Source of the DNA: an uncultured delta proteobacterium
GTDB lineage: Bacteria; Desulfobacterota; Binatia; UBA9968
Direction of reading: 5' to 3'
NCBI GenBank assembly: GCA_963745835.1
Contig: CAVUZH010000018.1
Location: forward strand, 128,001 to 192,000
DNA: 64,000 nucleotides
Each line of letters begins with the position of its first letter. Positions within the stretch are counted from its first letter, which is position 1. Under the pieces are notes generated by a model that was given only the letters and a program-made list of their open reading frames with translations, had not been told where the DNA came from and searched no databases. Positions 1 through 12,472 of this stretch are shown in pieces. The position numbers and the translations under genes are program-made.

Positions 1-235
1 CGGAGCTTGCAGAATTAGTTTCAGTTCGCGACCGGCCATTGATTGAGAGATTTGGCTACGCCTTCCAGCAGACTCACGGAGCGCCAAACCTTCCCTATAA
101 GAACACTTAATAGGCCTTCTAAATGATAATTACAAACGAACGAGGAAAACCAGTTAAAGGATGGCTTTCAAATTGTAAGATCCCTGATGCACCGGCGATT
201 TTCATCCGCGCCGGTTCAGACGATTTAGTAGAGAA

Positions 236-1590
236 ATGGAGAACATTGAACACATGCCTCCTGATGATATAGGCCAGCCGACGGGTTTTGTAAGACCCAT
301 TAGCACAAAGAGAATTGGAGGGCCATCCCACGGAACCGCCGCTGCAGACCCGATTTTCTCGTCGGAACCGTTGATTGCTTATAGGTACGATAGCAATCTC
401 GCCCGACAGGAGGAAGTAATATTCACCGTAAAGACGACCTTGCAGCTGGAAAAAAATGACTATCAGGCAGAGCATATAAAAAGGCCGAACCGGGGAGTGT
501 TCGGACGGGAAGCAGCCCGTCCATATGTCTTCGGCATCGTGGCGGCATTTTCTCTTGGTCATGATCGATTAGATTGGAGCTTAGCCGAGGCGAATTGGGC
601 TTTTTCTGCCGTCGAGCCGTATGGCGTGGACGCCAGGGGAAACAAAATGGGGTTGGCTACAGCTAAGTCCGTTCAGTTGATCGACATGGATACTGGAGAA
701 GTGAGGTCTTGTCACAATCCTTGGCTCAACCAGTCACACACGGTCGAGTTTTCGCCGGATGGAAAGAAACTTTTGGTCGGATCGTCCGGTTTCGATGCGG
801 TGTTCGAATTTGATACGGAGAGCGGAGAAGTCGTTTGGAAGTGGTTCGCGTGGGACCATGGTTTCACCGATCAAACCTGGGTCACTACGTCGTCCGTTCG
901 GAAGACAAGGAAAGCGCTGGCCGCGATGCATCACGAAGTGATGTTGGTAGATGATCCCGCAAAGTATCCGAATTCGGCATCCCTACACGGCGAAAGCCGG
1001 CTCATCTCAATAGCGCCTGTTACGATTCGGATGGAAAGATCCTTGTAACTTTATTCCATCAAGGAGCGGGTTATGTTATCGACCGGAACAATGGTGAGAC
1101 CAGAGAAGTAATTTCCGGTCTTTCAAATCCCCACAAGCTTTCGCGGCGAAAAAGAGGAGGATACTTCATCTCGGATACCAAGGGGGGTAAAGTGATTTTT
1201 TTGGACGAAAAATATCGTCCTGAATACGAAGTCGCCCTCGCAGGAATGCCGGGGGTCGCACGATCGCCACAGTTATCGGAGTTCTTGCAGAACACGACCG
1301 AGTTGAGGGAAGATCTGTTCGCGTGCATCGATATCCACCGAAGCTCTCTCTGGCTCATCGACGTGAAACGTCGTAGATATCGCGGAATCAAGTTTCCTGT
1401 GGAGTGGTCGGTGCACGATATTGCGAGTCTCGGTCGAGAACATCGACTCCGTATAGGCAGCTTGGTCGGTACCCAATTCGGCAAAGTCGCTGCTTTCAGG
1501 CGGCAACTCAAAGTCATACATCATTTCTCAGTGGATGGCCGGGAAATCAAGGCTCTGGCTCTTGATAGCCAATCCGTCAGAGAAGGTTAG
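236..1590 (+). CDS. Beta-propeller-like hypothetical protein, frameshifted (ORFs 236..1048 and 1192..1590 are probably one gene)
   Basis: Propeller-type strands (HTVEFSPDGKKLLV, FEFDTESGEVVWKW). After a frame change near 970 the reading continues as ...PAHLNSACYDSDGKILVTLFHQG... into the second ORF. Confidence 0.55.
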
Positions 1591-1842
1591 ACGGTTACTA
1601 GAAATCATCAGTGACATGAAACCTCGAGAAACCCCTAGCCTACGCAAACTGAATTAGTTTGCACCCTTTTGTCATACATAGCTAAAATTCTGAAATGGAT
1701 AGCGTAAAGCATATGCCGAGTCCATGAGTTTCGGTGTGCGCCGGAAATGTCAAACTACTTCTGCGACTCGTGCGCAATTCGAGTAGGCGCTTCAGATCAG
1801 CCATAAAGTTTGGAAGGCGTTAAAAGAACGAGGGAGCAATCC

Positions 1843-2838
1843 ATGAAAGAAAAACTTGTTGTTTTTAGTGGTTAGCTTATCTTTAGTGTCATCGGTTACG
1901 CCGAGGCTCAGCAGACGACGAAGGTCTTGCCCCGTATAGGGTTCATATCCCTTCAGGCCCTCCTGGGAGTCCCTCACCCCTGTTCAACGCATTCCAGCAA
2001 GGGTTGCGAGATCTGGGCTACATCGATGACAAAAATATCTCTATCGTACATCGGTATGCGGAGGGCAGATTAGATCGAATGCCCGCGCTCGTGAATGAGC
2101 TTGTTCAACAGAAAGTTGATGTGATTGTTGCGGTTAATAATGTGGCTAATCCGAGCCGCAAAAGAAGCGACGAAAACGATCCCTATTGTAATGGTGACTT
2201 CTGTTGATCCTGTTGAGGCTGGTTATGTGGATACCTTCGCACACCCGGGTGGGAATATTACTGGGCTTGCCAAGTCGCGCGCGATTTAAGTGCAAAGCGC
2301 GTGGAGTTGCTTAAAGAAGTGCTTCCCGAAGATGTCGCGACTTGGCGTTCTGTGGGATGCGGACGGTCCAGGACCGGCGGTCGCTTTCAAAGAGTATGAG
2401 GCGGCGGCTCGGGCGTTCAAATTAGAATTTCGATCGTTCGAGGTACGTGGCCCCAACCCGGATCTTCGTAGGAGCATTCCAAGCTGCAAAAGCATCGCGT
2501 GTGGATGCGCTTGTTGTCGTGGGAAACCCACTGATGGTCCCAGCACGCGAAGCAAGTTTTCGAATTGGCGGCAAAATATCGCTCACCGTCGCATGACTGA
2601 AGAAGCCCGATACGTAAATGCCGGCGGACTGATATCCTACGGCGCGAACCTGGCCGATTTATACCGGCGCAGCGCGGAGTACGTCGTCGAGATACTGAAA
2701 GGGGCTAAGCCCGCGCGATCTACCGAGTAAAGCTGCCCGGCAAAATTCGAAATTTTTATCAACCTTAAGACTTCGCAGCAACTTGGTCTTGTGATACCAC
2801 AGCACGTGCTAGTCCAAGCAGATAAGGTGATTAAGTAG
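1843..2838 (+). CDS. ABC transporter substrate-binding protein (ABC_sub_bind type), several frameshifts
   Basis: Typical segments across frames: signal peptide, LRDLGY, RYAEGRLDRMPAL, GGLISYGANLADLYRRSAEYVVEILKGAKP, C-terminal FEIFINLKT...ADKVIK; GGGAG RBS before ATG 1843. Confidence 0.8.
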
Positions 2839-3105
2839 CCACCCGTCACCGCCTTTTTGCCACGCTACGGAAATTCGTCCACCTCGCCCTAGTTACAAGC
2901 TATTACGTCTCGAACAATAAACGGATTGCGATGAACAGATAAGAGCATCGAAATGCTTCCTTGAACTCTCGGTTTGAGACAAGTCTGTTCTTTTTGGACA
3001 TTGCTTGACATTTTTAGCCGCATTAACAGCTGACCTACCCATCACAAACTACATATTATCCTTCACTATGCGCTACTTATGAGCTCCCGAGGCTCCTGAG
3101 TAATA

Positions 3106-3120
3106 TGGCATCATTCCTGC
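3106..3120 (+). promoter_or_regulatory. Putative sigma-54 (-24/-12) promoter
   Basis: TGGCATCATTCCTGC fits GG-N10-GC in the intergenic region upstream of the histidine kinase. Confidence 0.4.
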
Positions 3121-3344
3121 GGTTTAGGAGACTTTACGAGCCATGAATGTAGGGTTTCAATTCCTCAGTTGTTCCCAGAACGACTGATTACTCCTATTGG
3201 GAAATTCGTGCTGATTAGCAGGTACCGAAAAAAATCGAAAGCAGTGGATCGGAACTGATAGGAAGAAAGCGTGTACGGCGGCGCGCCCGCCGCGAAGCGA
3301 GCATTACCCTGGGTTCTCACCTTTTCAAGGAAATAGCATCATCC

Positions 3345-6294
3345 ATGGTGTTTCAAAAAATACAATCGGGTGTTCAGAATTTTTCGAAACTCATGCTAGA
3401 CGCTTTTCGAGGCGGCGGTATCCGGCGTCGCCTCATGCTGTGGGGCCTTAGCCTCTTTGGGATGGCACTTTTGGTTTTTGTCGTCGCCGGGCTATTCTTA
3501 TATGGCGAGACAGATCCGGCGAGACGCTGCTGCACTGCAGTCGGAGCTCGCCTCCGTCACGGGCGAGCAAATTCGCACCTTTGTTCGACGCAAGATCGAG
3601 CGGTTTTCGGATAACGCCAACGCCTTGAGTCTTTATCCGCTTGGGAGCAAAGAGCAACAGTTACTTCTTGGCCTATTGGTAAAAAACGACAGCAGCTTCA
3701 CTGACGCTTCTATTATCGATTCGCAAGGTATGGAGGTCGTAAAGGTGTCGGACAGAAGAGTTTATTTTCCTTCCGACCTAAGTGATCAGAGTAAATCGCC
3801 CAAATTCATCAAAGCACTCACAGGCGAAGACTTTATAAGCCGAGTCTACACTTCGCCGCAAGCCCAGCCCTACGTCACACTGGCGATCCCGCTCTGGGGC
3901 GCGGCGCAGAGCGTCGCCGGGGTGGTTTCGGCCGAAGCCGATCTCTCCTTTCTGTGGGAAGCGATTGGAAAGATTCAATTCGGGACTGCAGGCTACGCCT
4001 ACTTAGTAGATGAGAATGGAAATCTCATCGCTCATAAAGATGCGCACGCTGGTATTAAAGCGGATGAACCTCCGAGAAGTCGATGGAGTCAAAAAATTTT
4101 TACGCAACCCCACGCGTTCGGATCCCACTCCCGCTGAGCGAAGGGAGGGGGTTGACTGGACAGCGCTGTGTTGGTCACGTATGCGCCAGTTCCTGAGTTA
4201 GGCTGGGCGGTTATTCTAGAGGAACCCGTCGATGCAGCGTTAGCCAACGTGGAAATAGCAAAGCGCTCAGCTCTTGTGTTCCTGGTGGTGGGTCTGTTCG
4301 TCGGAGCTGCTATTATCGCTTGGGTTAGCCAAAAGACTACTAGACCGATACAAGAACTACGACAACATGTCGCGACGATTGGAGCCGGCAATCTCGAACA
4401 CAGAGCCGATATCAAAACCGGCGACGAAATCGAGGAATTAGCTGCTGAGTTTAACAAGATGACCGACGCTCTCCAAAACTCGTACGCGACTTTGGAACAA
4501 AAGGTGGACCAGAGAACCAAGGAAATTTCGGCTCTCTATAGCGTCACCACAGCAGTAAACCAATCCTTGACTCTTGAAGATATCGCGGACGCAGTCATCG
4601 CAAAGATAACAGAGATATTCCACTTCGAGACTACGCGGGTTTTTCTTTTTAACCACGAGACGGATGAATTAGAGTTGCGGGCATCTTTCGAATTAGACAC
4701 GAATCACTCAGCCGGAGTCCGCACATACAAGCGTGGGCAAGGCATAGTTGGTCGCGTTGCCGATTCCGGCGAGCCAATGATTTTCGAAGATATCGCGACT
4801 GATCCACGCTATGCTGCACTGAGCAGGAGTAAAGCGACGGATAAAGCTAGGCGCAGTTTTTTTGCGGTGTTCCCAATCAAGACGCAGTCCCGGGTCTTCG
4901 GCACGATACTTTTTAACGCCCGCTCTCCGCGAAAGCTGACGACCGATGAAACGCGCTTGCTTACATCGATGTCAGAGCATCTTGCCGTCGCTTTTGAAAA
5001 GGCCAGCTTGTTCCGCCAATCGGAGACCAGGTCTCAGCAGCTTTCCGTTCTTAACACGATTGGTACGGCGGTTAGCCAGTCACTGAATCTCGAAATTGTT
5101 CTAAGCGAGGCCATCGAAAAAATGGTTGAAGCCCTCGATTTTGATGCGTGTTGGATTTACATTCGAGACCCAATTGAAGAAGTACTACGGCTTGAGGCTT
5201 ACAAAGGTCTCGACGAAGACTTGGCTCGCTCCATGGATCGCCGAAAATTTTCAGCCGGAATTAGCGGTAATATCTTTCAAACAGGCGAACGAATGGTGTT
5301 TGAAGACATTCGGAATGATGCAAAGTACCAGCGACTGACGTCTCGCAATAAGATTGGCACCGCCGGATTTTCAAGCGGAGCTGGGTTCCCGATCAAGGCC
5401 AAGCAGAAAGTCATTGGAGTTTTACATCTTGCCAGCAAAGCAAAGCGCCGCTTCGTTTCCGACGAACTTAAACTCATCGAGTCCATAGCTCAGGAAATAG
5501 GTGTCGCCGCCGAAAATGCGCGGCTCTTCGAGCAAGTGAACGAAAAGACCGCTGAGCTAGGGCAGATGAACGAGGAGCTACAACAGGCGAACCGGGCCAA
5601 ATCTGAATTTATCGCCGCTATGTCGCATGAGCTCCGAACGCCACTCAACGTCATCATGGGTAATGCAGAGCTAACCGGTGACGGATTTTTTGGAGACATC
5701 AATCCTCAACAGAAAAAATCTATGATGCAGATCCGCCATCATTCTCAATTTCTGCTTAAAATGGTCAATGATGTGTTGGCGTTGTCGCGGCTGGACGCCA
5801 AAAAGATGTCCATTGAACTTGCAGCCGTCGATATCGAGGACTTAGTCGCTCACGCACAAAGCCAGATCGAGCAACTTAATCGACATAATCGTTTGCAAGT
5901 ATCCTGGGATGTGGAACCGCAGTTGCCCACCATCGTCACGGATGTAACTAAGTTAGAGGAGATTTTGCAGAACCTGATCGGTAATGCTTTCAAGTTTACT
6001 CCACGAGGCCGAATCCAGCTAAAAGTTAGAAATCTTCACGAGCTTCAGCGTGTTGAGTTTAGTGTCGCTGATACAGGGATAGGGATCGAAGCGCAAGATA
6101 TCGATAGAATCTTCGCCGCCTTCGAGCAAATAAGGGAGGCGCACACTGGAGAATATAATGGCGTCGGTCTCGGGTTAAATATTGTGAAAAAATACCTTGA
6201 TCTAATGAAAGGCGATATTCGCGTCGAGAGTCATCCCGGTGAAGGAACAACATTCACTTTTTCCGTACCTCATTCTCTTGGGCTCGATTCTTAA
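3345..6294 (+). CDS. Sensor histidine kinase (TM-dCache-TM-HAMP-GAF-GAF-HisKA-HATPase), frameshifted
   Basis: ORFs 3345..3614, 3457..4137 and 4168..6294 join up. Cache motif GYAYLVDENGNLIAH, HAMP GDEIEELAAEFNKM, H-box MSHELRTPLN, N-box NLIGNAFKFT, G-boxes DTGIGI and GVGLGL. Confidence 0.88.
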
Positions 6295-6495
6295 GAGCAC
6301 GTGCAATTAACAACAAACCTATCGAACGATAGAAGACATAAACCTACCAATTTTTGATTACGGAGACGGCGGACCGCCTCTAGGTTAACTTGTGGAGGAG
6401 CTGTCGCTCACGAGCTGACGGGTTGCACCCTCTGATGACAAGCCAGGTCTAAGCTCAACTGCGTGTGAATGATCCCAGCATCTGGTGGAAAGAAA

Positions 6496-6572
6496 TGGTC
6501 GGGGCGAGTGGATTCGAACCACCGGCCTCACGGTCCCGAACCGTGCGCTCTACCAAGCTGAGCCACGCCCCG
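6496..6572 (-). tRNA. tRNA-Pro (anticodon CGG)
   Basis: Reverse complement CGGGGCGTGGCTCAGCTTGGTAGAGCGCACGGTTCGGGACCGTGAGGCCGGTGGTTCGAATCCACTCGCCCCGACCA folds as a cloverleaf with GTTCGAA T-loop and encoded CCA. Confidence 0.97.
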
Positions 6573-6614
6573 ACCCGCTATAAGTAACACACGCAAAGTA
6601 GAAAACAACAGGGA

Positions 6615-7280
6615 TTACGATTGGCCGACCGCTTGACGCATGCGGCGAATGGTGTCGCTGTAACTAGCGGTTTTAAAAATGCCGGAACCCGAGACGATCA
6701 CTTCGGCGCCGGCGCGTACAACCAAGTTAATGTTGTCTGCTTTGATCCCCCCATCTGCTTCGATCAGGATTGGCAGTTTTTCCTTTTCAATTTTGCTTCT
6801 CACCTGTTCGATCTTGGGCAAAACATCAGCAATAAAAGCCTGACCGGCAAATCCAGGGAACACCGTCATCATGAGAATCATGTCGATATCCGGAAAGCTG
6901 CCCTCGACGTTTTCAATGGCGATGTCAGGATTCACAGCAATAGCCGCTTTGGCTCCTAGTTTACGAATTTTTTGCAAGCTTTCAGATAGCTTCTTAGTCG
7001 TATTCGGATGGATCGATACCCAATCGGCGCCTGCCTTGATGAATTCAGGAGCGTATTTGTCCGGATCGGTAATCATAAGATGAACGTCCAGAGGCATCTT
7101 TGTCACCTTTCTAACGGACTCGACCACTACCGGCCCAACAGTGATGTTCGGTACGAAGTGACCGTCCATGACATCTATGTGAAGCCAGTCAGCGCCAGCG
7201 GCTTCAATTGTCTGAATTTCATCTTTGAGCCGGCTGAAATCTGCACTAAGTATAGATGGGGCGATTTTTATTGACTCCAT
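6615..7280 (-). CDS. rpe: Ribulose-phosphate 3-epimerase
   Basis: IAPSILSADF, HIDVMDGHFVPN, DVHLM, MTVFPGFAGQ, DGGI motifs. Confidence 0.97.
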   Translation of the reverse strand: MESIKIAPSILSADFSRLKDEIQTIEAAGADWLHIDVMDGHFVPNITVGPVVVESVRKVTKMPLDVHLMITDPDKYAPEFIKAGADWVSIHPNTTKKLSESLQKIRKLGAKAAIAVNPDIAIENVEGSFPDIDMILMMTVFPGFAGQAFIADVLPKIEQVRSKIEKEKLPILIEADGGIKADNINLVVRAGAEVIVSGSGIFKTASYSDTIRRMRQAVGQS

Positions 7281-8648
7281 TTACGTGACCCTTCGCAAGC
7301 GCGCCGCGAAAAAGCCGTCAGTATCATGCTTATGGGGCAGCGCCATAAAATACCTCTCCTTGACGAGCTGCTTCGCTTGATCCGGAAGATAACTTGCAGC
7401 GTTCTCTAAAACAAATCCTCTATGGCTGGCAAGAAATTCATTCACAATGTTTTCGTTCTCATGAGCGGTGAGTGTGCAAGTTGAATATACTAAAACGCCT
7501 TCAGCTTTGAGGTAACTGGCCGCTTGCCCGAGAATTTTTCGTTGCAACTCGCTGAGCCTGAGGACATCGCGGATGTCGCGATTCCATTTTATTTCCGGAT
7601 GGGACCGCAGAGTTCCCAGACCGCTACAGGGAGCATCGACGAGGATGCGATCATAGGTTGCTTGTTGTCTTACAGCTACTTGTCTGGTCATGTCGGCTTG
7701 TATCCCACGGATCGACTTGAGCTCTAGACGAATGGCATTTTCACGAATCTTCGCCACACCTTTGGGCGATCTATCGATGGCTGTGACTTGGCCTTTGTCA
7801 TCCATGAGCTCTGCAATATGGGTCGTTTTGCCGCCGGGCGCCGCGCATGCGTCGAGAATCTTCTCGTCTGATTGCGGATCAAGTAGATAGCCAACCAGTT
7901 GCGACGCTTCACCTTGAACTTGGAAGAATCCTTCCTGATGACCGCGTTAATCGATGAATCGGGACCTGCGAACTGCAGCAACAATACCGTGTGGCGACCA
8001 AGTGGTCGGTAGCGCTTCAATGCCGTGCGTTTCAAACTCCCTCAGCAAAGCCTGTCGATTAATTCGACGAATATTTGCTCGCAGTACCAGAGGAGCTTGG
8101 CGGTTGTTAGCTTCCAGCAGCGCCGTAATGTTAGCCTTGCCTAGATACTCAATCCACTCGTTGATCAACCACTCTGGATACGACCAGTAATCGGCAAGTG
8201 CCGCGACCCCGCAGCTGTCCGGGTTGGGCACCGTTTCGGTTCTCTTAGTGCGAATGAAATTACGAACGATCCCATTCACAAAGCCACTTACGCGACTACC
8301 CGCGTGCATCTTCGCCAGAGTCACGGCTTCGTTAAGGGCAGCGTACTCCGGTACCCGATCAAGAAAGCTAATCTGATAGAGAGTGACCCGGAGAAGATTT
8401 TTAATAAACGGATCAGTTTCCTCGAAAGAACGGCGCGTAAGCTGCTTCAGATGGAGATCTATTCTGCCTCGCCAGCGCAAGGTTCCATAAACGATTTCGG
8501 TTAACAGAGATCGGTCTCTCGCTGACATACCGCCCGTTTGGAGTGCCTGATCCAGGAGGATGTCGGCGTAAGCTTTATCAAGCTCAACTCTGACGAGAAT
8601 ATCAACCGCTTGTTTGCGGACATTCTCGCTTCTCTCAAACGTGGTCAC
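7281..8648 (-). CDS. rsmB: 16S rRNA m5C967 methyltransferase RsmB, frameshifted near 7950
   Basis: NusB-like N-terminus (7947..8648) plus DACAAPGGKT, LVDAPCSGLG and YSTCT motifs; lies between fmt and rpe. Confidence 0.92.
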
Positions 8649-9573
8649 CTGCCGTAATCCGCGCTCCTTTTATAAACTCCACCCCGGGAACCCGCTTTTT
8701 ATTTTCTAATTGGACCTCTTCAAGAGAGAGCGTGCCGCATCCGGTTGCAATCCAAAACCCGCCGGTGTCTGCTCTAATTATTTCACCAGGATTGCCTGAC
8801 CTATTCGTTTGAATTGGAGTTGCACGGTGAATTTTTAGGAGTTTCCCGTTGAGGTGAGTATACGCTGATGGCCAGGGGGTAAAGGCGCGGACACGGCGCT
8901 CAATAGACAGCGCCGGTTGGGTCCAATCGACTAAGCCGTCCTCTTTCTTAATCATCGGTGCAAAGGTCACACACGCCTCGTCTTGACGCTGCGGCTGAAG
9001 AGAGTTGCTCTTAAGCCCGCGTATCGTTTTCAGCAGTAAGCGGCCCCCGAGGGGAGCCAGCTTAGCTTGCAACGAAGCTGTCGTTTCATGCTCACCAACT
9101 TGGATTTCTTCTTGAAGGTAGATCGGCCCAGCATCTAGTTGTTCAACAAGTTGCATGGTGGAGACTCCGGTTTTTTCTTCTCCATTGATGATCGTCCAAG
9201 TGACAGGCGCTGCACCACGATATTTAGGCAAAAGAGAATAGTGTACGTTCAAACATCCACCTGGGGACAGATCCAAGATCGACTTGGGGAGAATGCGTCC
9301 AAAAGCTACGACCACGATAATGTGAGGATTCCATGATCTCAGCGCGTCGCAAAAAACCGGATCGCGAATCTTCATGGGTGTAATCACTGGAATCCCCTGG
9401 CTCTCCGCCATGCGGCGGACTGGAGACGGCCTGCTTTGCTGTCCTCTGCCTGTGGGACGGTCGGGTTGCGTGACCACGCCGATAACAGGATCGGAACCAT
9501 CGATCAGCATTTGCAAGCTGACAGCGGCGATCTCCGGAGTTCCCATAAATACGATGGGCCAAGAAGAAGACAT
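8635..9573 (-). CDS. fmt: Methionyl-tRNA formyltransferase
   Basis: IVFMGTPE, VVTQPDRP, NVHYSLLPKYRGAAP, LDAGPI. Confidence 0.97.
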   Translation of the reverse strand: MSSSWPIVFMGTPEIAAVSLQMLIDGSDPVIGVVTQPDRPTGRGQQSRPSPVRRMAESQGIPVITPMKIRDPVFCDALRSWNPHIIVVVAFGRILPKSILDLSPGGCLNVHYSLLPKYRGAAPVTWTIINGEEKTGVSTMQLVEQLDAGPIYLQEEIQVGEHETTASLQAKLAPLGGRLLLKTIRGLKSNSLQPQRQDEACVTFAPMIKKEDGLVDWTQPALSIERRVRAFTPWPSAYTHLNGKLLKIHRATPIQTNRSGNPGEIIRADTGGFWIATGCGTLSLEEVQLENKKRVPGVEFIKGARITAGDHV

Positions 9574-9633
9574 GAAAGGATCGCCTGAGCGACTCTCCTT
9601 TGATTTTTCGGCTGCGGCTTTCTGGAAGGCAGT

Positions 9634-10173
9634 TTAGATCATGACCTGCGCCGATTCGGATGGCTCGATCCCGCTGCGCAACATCTTCTTCCGACGGCGT
9701 GTGTAGAGATCGCGTTTTAACCGACTGATACGGTCGATGAACAATTTTCCATCCAAATGATCGATCTCATGTTGAAGCGCCACAGCGAGCAAACCCTCCG
9801 CCTCTATCGTTCGTTCTTTTCCGTGTTCGTCTAGCGCCACGACTTGTACATGTTCGGCGCGGCGTACTTCAGCCGTAAAATCGACGACGCTCAAGCACCC
9901 TTCCTCCCAAACCAGTTGCCCCTCGGAGTGAGTGATGACAGGATTGACCAATTTGTAGACGTTAGTTCGTGGATTTTCGTGGTCCACGTCCAGAACAACG
10001 ATCCGCTGCAGCACTCCGACCTGTGTTGCGGCTAAACCAACACCGGGTGCGGCATACATCGTTTCAAGCATGTCACTGATCAGTTGAACGGTAGCATCGG
10101 TGACATTCGATATCGGGCGTGCCACTTTTGAGAGCCGTGGATCGGGATATTTCAGAATTTCTAATAGAGCCAT
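9634..10173 (-). CDS. def: Peptide deformylase
   Basis: GVGLAATQVG, EGCLSV, QHEIDHLDG; likely start MALLEILKYPD at 10173. Confidence 0.97.
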   Translation of the reverse strand: MALLEILKYPDPRLSKVARPISNVTDATVQLISDMLETMYAAPGVGLAATQVGVLQRIVVLDVDHENPRTNVYKLVNPVITHSEGQLVWEEGCLSVVDFTAEVRRAEHVQVVALDEHGKERTIEAEGLLAVALQHEIDHLDGKLFIDRISRLKRDLYTRRRKKMLRSGIEPSESAQVMI

Positions 10174-10183
10174 ACCTATATTT

Positions 10184-12472
10184 TCATAACATGTTGTACG
10201 GATCGACATCAATGTGTAGACGCACGTTGCGCGTTCTCGTGAACGTCTCGCGAACGGCACTAGCTAACCCGATCAATGGGCTTATTTGATCGCCTTTGAG
10301 CAAGAGCTGCCACCGATACCGATTCCGCAACTTTTCGATCGGCGAAGGAGCGGGGCCAAGAATTTCAACGTGTTCCCGGTACTTTGGGTTGCCGCTTTGG
10401 ATCGCGCGGATCTTTTTGAAAAGCGCTTGGGCTTTCGCTTCCACATGCTCCGAACTTGGACCGTCTAGGCGCAAATTTACCAACTTGCCAAACGGAGGAT
10501 AGCCCAACGCCCGGCGAAACTCGATTTCTTTCGCGAAAAACTTTTTGTAGTCGTGATCAATGAGCGATTGAATTGCATAATGTTCAGGTTCATAGGTCTG
10601 GATGATTACTCTTCCGGGATCATCCCCTCGTCCGGATCTGCCCGCAACTTGGCTAAGGATTTGGAAGGTTCGTTCAGCGCTCCGAAAGTCCGGCAGATTC
10701 AAAGACATGTCGGCAAGCAGCGCGCCCACGAGCGTCACTCCGGAAACATCGTGCCCCTTGGTGATCATTTGGGTCCCAATAAGTATGTCGATATCGCCAC
10801 TTTCCCACCTGCGGATCAAATCGGCGTGCGAGCCGCGCTTGCCGGTGGTGTCCCTGTCCATGCGTGCGATGCGCGCCTCAGGGACCAATGCATATAGGGT
10901 CTGTTCAATCTGTTCGGTTCCTGCGCCAATACCCGCGAGGGTTTCAGTGCCGCAATCGGGGCAAACTCGTTCTACTGGTCTACTGAAATCGCAGTGATGG
11001 CAGCGAACGATCTTGCGCTTTAAATGCACAGTCAATGTGACGCTGCAATAAGAGCAGCGCAAGACATAACCGCATCGCGTGCACTGTAAGAAATTTGCGA
11101 AGCCTCGGCGATTTAAAAAGACCAGTGTCTGTCGTTTATTTACGAAATTGCGTTTGATCGCAGTTGCGAGCGGATCTGACAACAATCGTTCTCCAGCACT
11201 TTTCTGCTTCCGCCATCCCTCCGACCCGCCATCGGTGGCGGCTACACCAACCGATTTGGATTGGTTTCGGAGATCAAAGATTTCGACACTGGGCAACGGG
11301 CGCTGCTCTACGCGTTGAGAAATCTCCAACAATTGATAGCGACCTTGAAGAGAATTTTCATAACTCTCCAATGATGGTGTGGCTGATCCTAGAACCACGG
11401 CGCAGGCCGAGAGCTTGCCGCGCATAACAGCAACATCCCTGGCGTTGTAGCGCAAGCCGTCATCCTGTTTATAAGATCCGTCATGCTCTTCATCGGCAAT
11501 AATCAAACCAAGATTTGGAACCGGCGCAAAAACGGCCGAGCGCGCCCCCACGACAATGTCGACGTCTCCTCCTTTGATCCGCCACCACTGCGCCCATCGC
11601 TCGGCAGGCGTCAAACCACTGTGTAAAATACCCACCCTGCCATTAAATCGTGCGTTGACCCGATCAAGAAGCTGAGGAGTTAATGAGATTTCCGGAATCA
11701 GGATGAGACTTCGAGCGCCAATGTCTCGGACGCACTCCATGGCACGTAAGTAAATCTCAGTTTTACCGCCACCGGTCACTCCGTGGAGGAGAAATGTCGC
11801 GAATCCGCCGCTTCTAAGGCGAGCTTTGATGGCGACTAGTGCTGCATGTTGTTCCGTGCTGAGCGTGAACCGTTTTAGGTCCGCAGACGGTGATCGGGGC
11901 ATTTGAGAGCCGTCGAATCGACGGCTTTTCCTCTGCCCGGGTAAGCGTTCGCGAATTTCAACATCACCGGCAGATTGAAGTTGTTTTAGGGCAGTGGAGA
12001 TATTCGTTCCGCCAAAAGCTCTCGTCAAGCTTTTGAGGCTGGTCCGGCCATTCTTGTCGCGCAGCACATCTAGGATTGTCTGTCCTAGAACATCATCAGT
12101 CTGCGTCGATTCCGATTTTGCGGCGATGATGCTATCGATTTCCACACGAGAGTTGGGTGGCAGTATCGTGCTTAGCACTTCGCCGAGCGATGCTACATAA
12201 TACTGGCTAGCCCAGTGACTGAGGGTCAATAACTGTTCATCAACAATTGGCGCCTCATCTAACACGGCAATTATATTTTTGATGTCGGGCAGCGGCGTCT
12301 CGGAAATATGGTCGGACACGATCCCTGATACCTTGCGGTTGCCTAGAGGGATTAATACGCGCATGCCGACAGTGACAAGATGTCTAAGGTTATCGGGAAC
12401 ACCGTAGGTGAGAGGCTCTTTAATAGGCGATGGAATGATGATGCGGGCGAATTTCTCCGCTTGCGGACTCAT
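10184..12472 (-). CDS. priA: Primosomal protein N'
   Basis: LLHGVTGGGKTE, DEEHD, LGSATPS, Cys-rich zinc region, GTQMITKGHD; start uncertain (12472 or 12529). Confidence 0.96.
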   Translation of the reverse strand: MSPQAEKFARIIIPSPIKEPLTYGVPDNLRHLVTVGMRVLIPLGNRKVSGIVSDHISETPLPDIKNIIAVLDEAPIVDEQLLTLSHWASQYYVASLGEVLSTILPPNSRVEIDSIIAAKSESTQTDDVLGQTILDVLRDKNGRTSLKSLTRAFGGTNISTALKQLQSAGDVEIRERLPGQRKSRRFDGSQMPRSPSADLKRFTLSTEQHAALVAIKARLRSGGFATFLLHGVTGGGKTEIYLRAMECVRDIGARSLILIPEISLTPQLLDRVNARFNGRVGILHSGLTPAERWAQWWRIKGGDVDIVVGARSAVFAPVPNLGLIIADEEHDGSYKQDDGLRYNARDVAVMRGKLSACAVVLGSATPSLESYENSLQGRYQLLEISQRVEQRPLPSVEIFDLRNQSKSVGVAATDGGSEGWRKQKSAGERLLSDPLATAIKRNFVNKRQTLVFLNRRGFANFLQCTRCGYVLRCSYCSVTLTVHLKRKIVRCHHCDFSRPVERVCPDCGTETLAGIGAGTEQIEQTLYALVPEARIARMDRDTTGKRGSHADLIRRWESGDIDILIGTQMITKGHDVSGVTLVGALLADMSLNLPDFRSAERTFQILSQVAGRSGRGDDPGRVIIQTYEPEHYAIQSLIDHDYKKFFAKEIEFRRALGYPPFGKLVNLRLDGPSSEHVEAKAQALFKKIRAIQSGNPKYREHVEILGPAPSPIEKLRNRYRWQLLLKGDQISPLIGLASAVRETFTRTRNVRLHIDVDPYNML

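Noticed and set aside
6295-6495. Possible structured RNA or attachment site downstream of tRNA-Pro
   Set aside because: Only short hairpins (for example GGCGGACCGCC); no recognisable RNA family, integrase or duplicated tRNA end.
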